Positions 6,770 to 13,446 of a stretch of 16,850 nucleotides of DNA are shown one piece after another. Under the pieces are notes generated by a model. It was not told the DNA's origin. It saw only the letters and a program-made list of their open reading frames with translations, and did not search any database. Position 1 is the first letter of the stretch. Each line of letters starts with the position of its first letter. The DNA comes from a virus. A program made the position numbers and the translations under genes. Where the stretch lies: IMG/VR virus record IMGVR_UViG_3300045988_162729. One strand, given 5' to 3'.

Positions 6770-7849
6770 ATGCCAGATATTAATAGATCGTATTCTTGGG
6801 CAATTGAAACATGCAATGCACCAAACGTCGGTTACTCAAATTTGTACCGAAATCAGCAAAAAGTAAATGGGATAACATATTATGATTGTAGTTCATTTAT
6901 TAATTTTGCATTAGTTGCAGGTGGATTTGACACACCATCATACGCACCAAACTATAGTGCTTTTACAACATATAATGAAGCAAATGCACTATTGCAACTT
7001 GGATTTGAAGAAGTAAATGCGAATGGTGAATATTTACCCGGGGACATTGGACTTAATCCCACGCACACAGAAATATGTTACACAGGTGGACAAGGAAAAG
7101 GTGTTTTTATGGGCGCTCATACTGCAAATGCATCTCTGGACAACCAAGTGTGTATTGGTAGTTCTAGCGGAGATATTAATTACCAAAGAAGTTTTCAGCG
7201 TCTATTCCGCTATGGCGGTGGAGCATCACTTATTGGTTCTAGCATTTATGTTTGTGCGGCAATTGCGGGTAATATGTGGCAAGAATCCGGGATAAATCCC
7301 GGAATTTGGGAAAATTTAAGTGAGGGTACTTGGACTGATTTGCTTAAAGGATATGGTCTAGGACAGTGGACAAATACAGGTGGTGATACGCATGGAAGAT
7401 TATATAAGCTTCATACATGGTTAAATGAAAATGGCTATTCCGATGACGATGGAGACGGTCAAGTAAAATACATTAGTGTAGAAAATGTATGGTATAAGCA
7501 AGGCGAAGCAATGGCATTTGATAACTTAAATGCATTTCTTACTACTGATGTAGAGGATATTGAATTACTAACACATGCATGGAATATTGGATGGGAAGGA
7601 ATTCACGATGAAACATGGGATTTAAGGGTTCAATACGCAAGGGATTGCTACCAATTCATTTTACAAAATGCGAATGATACTTCAATCAATAAGTGGATAA
7701 GTGGTAATAGATATCTTAGTGCTGGAGAAAGATATAATAATGCTGTTATGTTATATCGTTCATTAAGCGCAGGCGGTGGCGGTGGTGGAAAACCAACGAA
7801 AAAGAAAAAGAATATGCCTGCATGGATGAAAATAAGATATAAAATTTAA
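6770..7849 (+). CDS. Probable virion (tail)-associated peptidoglycan hydrolase (359 aa): NlpC-P60/Amidase_5-like domain plus phage-tail-lysozyme-like domain
   Basis: The N-terminal ITYYDCSSFINFALVAGGF is a paralogue of the endolysin catalytic motif. The central AAIAGNMWQESGINPG...GYGLGQWT matches the phage tail lysozyme pattern (GN...ES...G.GL.QWT). The C-terminus is GGGGGGKPTKKKKNMPAWMKIRYKI. Functionally it is analogous to phi29 gp13. Confidence 0.7.
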   Translation: MPDINRSYSWAIETCNAPNVGYSNLYRNQQKVNGITYYDCSSFINFALVAGGFDTPSYAPNYSAFTTYNEANALLQLGFEEVNANGEYLPGDIGLNPTHTEICYTGGQGKGVFMGAHTANASLDNQVCIGSSSGDINYQRSFQRLFRYGGGASLIGSSIYVCAAIAGNMWQESGINPGIWENLSEGTWTDLLKGYGLGQWTNTGGDTHGRLYKLHTWLNENGYSDDDGDGQVKYISVENVWYKQGEAMAFDNLNAFLTTDVEDIELLTHAWNIGWEGIHDETWDLRVQYARDCYQFILQNANDTSINKWISGNRYLSAGERYNNAVMLYRSLSAGGGGGGKPTKKKKNMPAWMKIRYKI

Positions 7850-7865
7850 TGTTTCACGTGAAACA
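7850..7865. promoter_or_regulatory. Palindrome copy 3: TGTTTCACGTGAAACA
   Basis: Perfect copy that abuts the RBS agaaaggag. It ends 18 nt before the ATG at 7884. Confidence 0.9.
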
Positions 7866-7883
7866 AGAAAGGAGTTTATAAAA

Positions 7884-8165
7884 ATGGCAATTCGGACAAC
7901 AGAAGAACTACTTAATATGATTCGTGATAGAACAGGAGATAGTGACGATGATTTAGCATTTTTAGAAGATGCGTCAGATACACTGATCTCATTATCAGAA
8001 TCAGAAAATTGGAAAGAAAAATATGAAACAAATGATGCAGAATGGAGAACCAGATATAAGGAACGCTTTTTTAATAAAGAAGAAAAAGATGATAAAGAAA
8101 AAAACGATAAAGAAGATGATGCAAATTATAAAAAAACATATGATGATTTATTTATTTTTTCTTAA
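7884..8165 (+). CDS. Probable scaffolding protein (93 aa)
   Basis: A small, very acidic, Lys/Glu/Asp-rich, predicted-helical protein immediately upstream of the major capsid gene. This matches the size and position of phi29 gp7. Confidence 0.6.
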   Translation: MAIRTTEELLNMIRDRTGDSDDDLAFLEDASDTLISLSESENWKEKYETNDAEWRTRYKERFFNKEEKDDKEKNDKEDDANYKKTYDDLFIFS

Positions 8166-8181
8166 TTAGAAAGGAGTTAAA

Positions 8182-9585
8182 ATGGCAAGACGAGTAGCAG
8201 TAAATACACTTAGTGCATCAACAATTGATATCTTAAATGTTATAAGACAGAATGCATCGTATGATTATCAGCAGAATGTCCCTGTTGTAACTAAATCAAA
8301 TGATATTCCAAAGGTTGGGGAGGTAATCTATGGAACGCCTGCATTTGCGAATCAGTTTATCAATGCTCTTGTAAATAGAATTGCAATTGTAAGAACGCAG
8401 AGTGCAACTTTTAACAATCCATATTCCATTCTTAAAAAAGGATATTTGGAATTTGGCGAAACAGTAGAAGATATCTTTGTTTCAATTGCAAAAGCTGTTG
8501 ATTTTAGCGCTGAGAAAGCAAGTGCAAGGGAATTCAAACGTACAATTCCAGATATTCGATCTGCATTTCATGTAATGAATTGGCGCGTAATGTACCCAGT
8601 AACTATTCAGGATGAAGATTTGAGACAGGCGTTTTTGTCTATGGATGGCGTAACATCATTAATTGCAAAAATTGTTGATTCTGTTTATACGGCGGCAGAA
8701 TACGACGAATTTTTGATGTTTAAATATTTACTTATTAAGTCAATTAGCCATGGCAAAATGAAACCTGTTGCGCTCGGTGCTACAATGAATGATGCCGCAG
8801 TCGAATTCAGAGGAGCATCAAATATTTTACCTTTTATGTCAAGCGAGTACAATGAAGCGGCTGTTAAAACAAATACGCCTAAAGATCGGCAGGTCATATT
8901 TATGGATGCCCGTTATAATGCGCAGTATGATGTTAATGTATTGGCATCTGCATTTAATATGGATAAAGCAGACTTCATGGGACGCCTTTTCCTAATTGAC
9001 AATTGGTCAGATTTTGACAATGATAGGTTTGATATTATTCGCGAAAATTCAGATGGAATTGAGGAAATTACCGTTGATGAACTTGCACTTATGGCAAAAG
9101 TAAAGGCTGTAATCCTTGATGAAAATTGGTTTCAGGTGTATGATAACAATAATAAATTTACTGAAAAATATGTAGCATCGGGAATGTACTGGAATTATTT
9201 TTACCATACTTGGAAAACAATTTCGTCTAGTCCATTTGCAAATGCAATTGTTTTTGTCGAATCAGATGCAACTATCACACCTTTTGCATCAATTACGGCT
9301 GAAATTGTTGATAAATCAATTACAGATGAAGCTATTACAATTACAATTCAGGCAGAACATGACGGAGCAACTTTACAGCCCAACGTTGTTAATTTTGTAC
9401 AGACAGAAGAACTTACAACAAATGGAATCGCTGTGCATAAATATGGTGCATTGTTAATTCCGGCAGGAAAAGCAAGTACAAACATTAAGCTTGAGGCTAT
9501 CATCGATGGTGTTACTTATAAGGCGACAACAAATATTACAAGTGCGTCTAATGTTGGTGCAACAGTAACTATGAACAAGCAGTAA
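8182..9585 (+). CDS. Major capsid protein (467 aa), phi29 gp8-like position and size
   Basis: Strong RBS agaaaggag. The gene follows the scaffold gene, and its size is close to phi29 gp8. The C-terminal roughly 100 aa look like an Ig-like (BIG2-type) domain, with alternating T/I/V beta-strand patterns. The call rests mainly on synteny. Confidence 0.75.
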   Translation: MARRVAVNTLSASTIDILNVIRQNASYDYQQNVPVVTKSNDIPKVGEVIYGTPAFANQFINALVNRIAIVRTQSATFNNPYSILKKGYLEFGETVEDIFVSIAKAVDFSAEKASAREFKRTIPDIRSAFHVMNWRVMYPVTIQDEDLRQAFLSMDGVTSLIAKIVDSVYTAAEYDEFLMFKYLLIKSISHGKMKPVALGATMNDAAVEFRGASNILPFMSSEYNEAAVKTNTPKDRQVIFMDARYNAQYDVNVLASAFNMDKADFMGRLFLIDNWSDFDNDRFDIIRENSDGIEEITVDELALMAKVKAVILDENWFQVYDNNNKFTEKYVASGMYWNYFYHTWKTISSSPFANAIVFVESDATITPFASITAEIVDKSITDEAITITIQAEHDGATLQPNVVNFVQTEELTTNGIAVHKYGALLIPAGKASTNIKLEAIIDGVTYKATTNITSASNVGATVTMNKQ

Positions 9586-9602
9586 AATATTTTTTAAAAA
9601 GG

Positions 9603-9617
9603 TGTTTCACGTGAAAA
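9603..9617. promoter_or_regulatory. Palindrome copy 4 (imperfect): TGTTTCACGTGAAAA
   Basis: One arm is degenerate (C to A at the penultimate arm position). It lies 26 bp upstream of copy 5 in the same intergenic region. Confidence 0.8.
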
Positions 9618-9628
9618 ATTAAAAAATG

Positions 9629-9644
9629 TGTTTCACGTGAAACA
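9629..9644. promoter_or_regulatory. Palindrome copy 5: TGTTTCACGTGAAACA (18-bp palindrome gtgtttcacgtgaaacac, 9628-9645)
   Basis: Perfect copy that ends 26 nt before the ATG at 9671. The RBS agaaaggag lies downstream. Confidence 0.9.
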
Positions 9645-9670
9645 CATAGAAAACATAGAAAGGAGTTAAT

Positions 9671-10078
9671 ATGGCAAAACAGATTGATTATCCTGCTGAC
9701 ACGGTAGATTCTAACGGCAAAGCATGGAAAACAGTAGGTGAAAATATAAGAAATGGTGCAAAGAGCGACTCTTTAACAACAGCAGTTATCGATGAACTTT
9801 TAAATGAGCTGTATCCCGTCGGCTATGTTTTTCTTGGTGTTTTACCAAAATTGTTACAAGAAAAATTTGTCTGGAAACCGGGAATAGGACAGTCATATAG
9901 AAGTCGCGTGTGTGTTTTGAATACGGAAGCTCCGGTTGGCGATATTATTAGGCATCTGTCTGATAGAACAGCCGTGGTACTTAGCAATGAAGATGTCACT
10001 AAATTTAACGCCGCTACGGGATTAAACATTGAAGCATTAGGTGTAACGGGAATTCCAGTCTGTTATCGGGTGGCGTGA
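9671..10078 (+). CDS. Hypothetical structural-module protein (135 aa)
   Basis: ORF with RBS agaaaggag. It lies between the capsid and tail-knob genes, the slot occupied by the head-fibre gene 8.5 in phi29. I recognise no motif. Confidence 0.65.
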   Translation: MAKQIDYPADTVDSNGKAWKTVGENIRNGAKSDSLTTAVIDELLNELYPVGYVFLGVLPKLLQEKFVWKPGIGQSYRSRVCVLNTEAPVGDIIRHLSDRTAVVLSNEDVTKFNAATGLNIEALGVTGIPVCYRVA

Positions 10079-10079
10079 T

Positions 10080-11630
10080 ATGATTATTTCTCCAGAATCA
10101 AAAATTTATATATTATCAAATATTCCAATTGATAACACGTATGATAACACATTATATTTTACAAATGCTGAAAACCAAAATAACTATTTTTTAAGTAAAG
10201 CAAAATACAATCGTTCAAATTATACTTATCAACGTAGTAATTCAAATACAATACGTGTTGATATCAGAACTGAAAATTTGTATGATTGTAATTATCTTTT
10301 ATTTCAGAATAGTGCATTTGGAACAAAATGGTTTTATGCATTCATTACATCGGTAGATTATGTAAACAATGAAACATCCGATATACATTACGAGATTGAT
10401 GTAATGCAAACTTGGTTTTTTGATTATGCGATGGAACAGTGTTTTGTTGAACGTGAGCACACAGCAAGCGATGTAATTGGGGAACATATTGAGGCTGAAC
10501 CTGTTTCAACGGGTGAATATGTATTTAACGATTATTCGCAAATAATGCTTATGAGAGAAATGGTTGTTTGCGTTGCAATTGTTGATACAGATGGTGAATC
10601 AGCCGGAACTTTATACGATGGAATATACGGTGCAGCACAATTATTTGTATATGATTCTACCGATGTTTCTAGTATCAATGGAAAAATAAATGAATACACA
10701 CAAAAACCAGATTCTATATTAGGAATATATATGTTCCCAAAATCATTTTTACTTAATAGTACAATTCCAGAAAATCATTTAATTGAACAGAGAACAAGTG
10801 CAACATCTACAGTAGTATTGCAAAATGCATTAACAGGAACAGAAACACTTGACGGATATTTACCAAGAAATAAAAAATTATACACTTATCCGTATAATTT
10901 TTATCACGTCGATAATGCAAGTGGAAATGAATTATCATTGCGATATGAATTTTTTGATAATTTAAGACCTGTTGTCGAAATCTCGGGAACTATAACACAA
11001 CCTGTTACCGCAATTTTGAGACCATGCTCATATAAAGGTGTAGCATCATATAGTGACCTTGGTGGATGGACTACTCTCAATACAGAGACTTTGCAAATGA
11101 GCAACTATCCGATTTGCAGTTGGAATGTTGACGCATATCAGGCATGGGTAGCACAGAATTCAATTCCGCTTGCACTTGGCGTCGCGTCAAAAACAGCACA
11201 AGGTTTTGTTTCTGGTGCTGGGGTTGGTGGAATGGTAAGTTCTGCAATTGGACAAGTAACAAATATTGTAAGTCAGGCATACACTGCTAGTATATCAGCA
11301 GACATTGCAAAGGGAAATCTTAATAACGGTGGTGCAAATGTAGCAAACGGAAAACAGCAATTTTATGGCGGTAGATGCAGTATTACTGCTCAATATGCAA
11401 GAATTATTGATGATTTTTTCACAAGATTCGGATATGCAGTAAAACGAGTAAAACTTCCAAATAGAGTTGCGCGACCGCATTGGAATTATGTAAAGACAAT
11501 TGATTTTTCCGCAAAAGGTAGTATACCATCAGACGATATGAAAAAAATTTGTAGCATATACAATAATGGAATCACTTTTTGGAAAAATCCAAACGAAGTC
11601 GGTAACTACAGTCTAGATAATTCAATTTAA
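10080..11630 (+). CDS. Tail knob (distal tube) protein, phi29 gp9-like (516 aa)
   Basis: The N-terminal region matches phi29 gp9 as I recall it. LYDCNYLLFQNSAFGTKWFYAFITSVDYVNNETSDIHYEIDVMQTWFF compares with [48 protein letters not shown]. Confidence 0.9.
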   Translation: MIISPESKIYILSNIPIDNTYDNTLYFTNAENQNNYFLSKAKYNRSNYTYQRSNSNTIRVDIRTENLYDCNYLLFQNSAFGTKWFYAFITSVDYVNNETSDIHYEIDVMQTWFFDYAMEQCFVEREHTASDVIGEHIEAEPVSTGEYVFNDYSQIMLMREMVVCVAIVDTDGESAGTLYDGIYGAAQLFVYDSTDVSSINGKINEYTQKPDSILGIYMFPKSFLLNSTIPENHLIEQRTSATSTVVLQNALTGTETLDGYLPRNKKLYTYPYNFYHVDNASGNELSLRYEFFDNLRPVVEISGTITQPVTAILRPCSYKGVASYSDLGGWTTLNTETLQMSNYPICSWNVDAYQAWVAQNSIPLALGVASKTAQGFVSGAGVGGMVSSAIGQVTNIVSQAYTASISADIAKGNLNNGGANVANGKQQFYGGRCSITAQYARIIDDFFTRFGYAVKRVKLPNRVARPHWNYVKTIDFSAKGSIPSDDMKKICSIYNNGITFWKNPNEVGNYSLDNSI

Positions 11631-11637
11631 AAAATAT

Positions 11638-11653
11638 TGTTTCACGTGAAACA
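11638..11653. promoter_or_regulatory. Palindrome copy 6: TGTTTCACGTGAAACA
   Basis: Perfect copy, 31 bp upstream of copy 7 in the same intergenic region. Confidence 0.9.
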
Positions 11654-11668
11654 TAATATATGTTTTTT

Positions 11669-11684
11669 TGTTTCACGTGAAACA
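11669..11684. promoter_or_regulatory. Palindrome copy 7: TGTTTCACGTGAAACA
   Basis: Perfect copy that ends 17 nt before the ATG at 11702. The RBS agaaagg follows. Confidence 0.9.
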
Positions 11685-11701
11685 AAAAAGAAAGGTTAAA
11701 A

Positions 11702-12577
11702 ATGGCAAGAAAGAAAACATTATTTGATGAAAGTCTTACGATGAATCAACAGACATATTATTTTTATATAGATCGGTTAACTGAATTGTCAATTTCGATG
11801 TTTAAATGGGAAAATTTGCCAGACACGGTTGATAGCAGGTATATAGAATTGTCACTGTTTAAAAATGGGAATTCTATTTACTTTAACGATGATGTAATCG
11901 GAAATTTATGTCTGGATTGTGTACCATCAGGAAATTTTGATGTATACGGAAATCCGACTGGAAGAAGAGCGTATTCGTCATATAATAACTATTCGAAAAT
12001 ACTTGATGAAACAAACAGTGTAATTATATGGAATAATATGCTTAGAACAAACAGTTATCCGGCTGTTGAAATGTTTTCGAAAAAACTATATATACTTGAC
12101 AGAATTATTGACGTTAATAGCAATGCACAAAAAACGCCAGTATTATTACAAGGAACTGATAAACAGAGATTAACATTGCTTAATTTGTACAAAGAATTTG
12201 ACGGAAATACACCTTTTATTTTTGGGGATAAAAATTTAGATTTAGGGGCAATTACAGCAATAAATACAAATGCACCTTACATATCTGATAAAATATACGA
12301 TCTTAAAAGTAAAATTTGGAATGAAGCACTGACATATCTTGGAATTAGTAATGTGACTATTACGAAAAAAGAACGAATGATAACAGATGAAGTTGCACGA
12401 GCACAGGGTGGAACTATAGCATCAAGATACAGTAGACTACAATCAAGAAAAGATGCAGTGGAAAAAATAAACAATATGTTTGGAACAAATATTAAAGTAT
12501 CTTATAAAGAAGATTCTGATAATGTTTCACGTGAAACATTAGATCAAGACGAAAAAGGTGGTGAACTTTTTGAGTAA
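11702..12577 (+). CDS. Portal / upper collar (connector) protein, phi29 gp10-like (291 aa)
   Basis: There are clear matches to phi29 gp10 as I recall it. FKWENLPDTV matches FEWENLPPTI. NSNAQKTPVLLQG matches NQNAQKTPVLIRA. TNAPYISDK matches TDAPYVVDK. KKERMITDEV matches KKERMVTDEV. Confidence 0.95.
   Translation: MARKKTLFDESLTMNQQTYYFYIDRLTELSISMFKWENLPDTVDSRYIELSLFKNGNSIYFNDDVIGNLCLDCVPSGNFDVYGNPTGRRAYSSYNNYSKILDETNSVIIWNNMLRTNSYPAVEMFSKKLYILDRIIDVNSNAQKTPVLLQGTDKQRLTLLNLYKEFDGNTPFIFGDKNLDLGAITAINTNAPYISDKIYDLKSKIWNEALTYLGISNVTITKKERMITDEVARAQGGTIASRYSRLQSRKDAVEKINNMFGTNIKVSYKEDSDNVSRETLDQDEKGGELFE
12523..12538. promoter_or_regulatory. Palindrome copy 8: TGTTTCACGTGAAACA (inside the portal 3' end; 18-bp palindrome 12522-12539)
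   Basis: Perfect copy, translated as NVSRET in the portal frame, which differs from the frame used by copy 2. It ends 19 nt before the GTG start at 12558. Confidence 0.9.
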
Positions 12578-13433
12578 ATACACAACAGAAGTTCGATATA
12601 TTTGTGAAAAACTAGCAAATTATGATGAATCAAAAGGAGCGGATGCTATTGATTCTATTCTTGAAAAATGTTGGAATAAGATTTTTACATCAACACCAAC
12701 AATATTTGATGAATCGTATCGAAAAATAATTTGCAAAAAAATCTTAAAGCATTTTTACTTAAGAGAAATAGGGGCTGAAACGTTTGGAATTTGGAAATTT
12801 TGGATGAACACCAAAATGGAAGAATTGTTACCTTATTATAACCAATTGTGGAAAAGTGAATTGCTTGAATTTAATCCATTATATGATGTTGACGTTACAA
12901 AGACATATACTAAAACAGGTGATACCGATACAACTAACACTAATACTGTAAATAAGTCAGGAAGTAGTAGTACAGATGAATCAGGTTCGACTGATAGCAC
13001 TGACAAGGTCACAAATACTACAACCGGAACAACAGATACAACAACAACTAATACATCAAATAAAAAAGATAGATATTCAGATACACCACAAGGAACATTA
13101 TCCAATATAGAATCAAATACATACTTGACTAATGCAAGAATTATTGATGAAACGAATTCTGGAACTTCTAATACTACAATTGAGAATAACAGCACAACAG
13201 ATGATACATATGCAGAAACGAGAGGAAATAAAACAGAAAACAGTTTTGAAAATGAAGAAAAAGGGAATAATACTGGAACAATAAATAGTACAGAGGAATA
13301 TACCGATCATATTATAGGAAAAACAGCTAGTGGAAGCTACAGTGAAATGTTATTAAAATTTAGAGAGACATTTCTAAATATAGATATGATGTTTATAAAT
13401 GAATTTGAGGAACTTTTCATTGGTTTATGGTAA
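12558..13433 (+). CDS. Probable lower collar protein, phi29 gp11-like position (291 aa)
   Basis: It follows the portal gene as in phi29 and is similar in size to gp11. The centre is a long T/N/S/D-rich region, and a DRYSDTPQG motif is present. The start is uncertain: GTG 12558 (ORF track) or TTG 12570, both behind aaaaaggtgg. It overlaps the portal 3' end by 20 nt. Confidence 0.65.
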   Translation: MVNFLSKYTTEVRYICEKLANYDESKGADAIDSILEKCWNKIFTSTPTIFDESYRKIICKKILKHFYLREIGAETFGIWKFWMNTKMEELLPYYNQLWKSELLEFNPLYDVDVTKTYTKTGDTDTTNTNTVNKSGSSSTDESGSTDSTDKVTNTTTGTTDTTTTNTSNKKDRYSDTPQGTLSNIESNTYLTNARIIDETNSGTSNTTIENNSTTDDTYAETRGNKTENSFENEEKGNNTGTINSTEEYTDHIIGKTASGSYSEMLLKFRETFLNIDMMFINEFEELFIGLW

Positions 13434-13446
13434 AGGAGATTTTAAT

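Noticed and set aside
7017-7295. A 92-aa + strand ORF nested out of frame in the tail lysin gene
   Set aside because: It lies entirely inside a CDS with recognisable domains, has no RBS, and its composition is non-protein-like.
7602-7615. A near-copy of the palindrome with a 1-nt insertion (ttcacgAtgaaaca) inside the tail lysin gene
   Set aside because: The insertion breaks the symmetry, no start codon follows, and it lies mid-gene. It may be a decayed copy or chance, so I did not count it among the eight.
8352-11480. Multiple 60-73-aa antisense or out-of-frame ORFs inside the capsid, 135-aa and tail-knob genes (8352-8537, 8685-8897, 8789-8995, 9236-9457, 9823-10029, 10299-10487, 10904-11104, 11077-11280, 11295-11480)
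   Set aside because: All are embedded in longer ORFs with homology or synteny support. They lack Shine-Dalgarno sites and are the size expected by chance in AT-rich DNA.
4444-12538. The palindromes as intrinsic terminators or as a CcpA cre, Rex or CRP-type host operator
   Set aside because: No U-tract follows on either strand in most copies, and the stem is short with a tight loop. The half-site order (TTTCAC/GTGAAA) does not fit the cre (TGWAANCGNTNWCA) or Rex (TTGTGAA-N4-TTCACAA) consensus when aligned on the central CG.
12277-13310. Antisense ORFs at 12277-12474, 12836-13195 (119 aa) and 13113-13310
   Set aside because: They are shadow ORFs generated by the low-complexity ACN/AAT-rich sense strand of the portal and lower collar genes. 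Their V/S/L-rich mirror composition and lack of an RBS support this.
13399-13446. The ORF-track N-terminal extension of the appendage gene
   Set aside because: It overlaps the end of the lower collar gene and has no RBS. ATG 13447 is preceded by aaaggag at ideal spacing.
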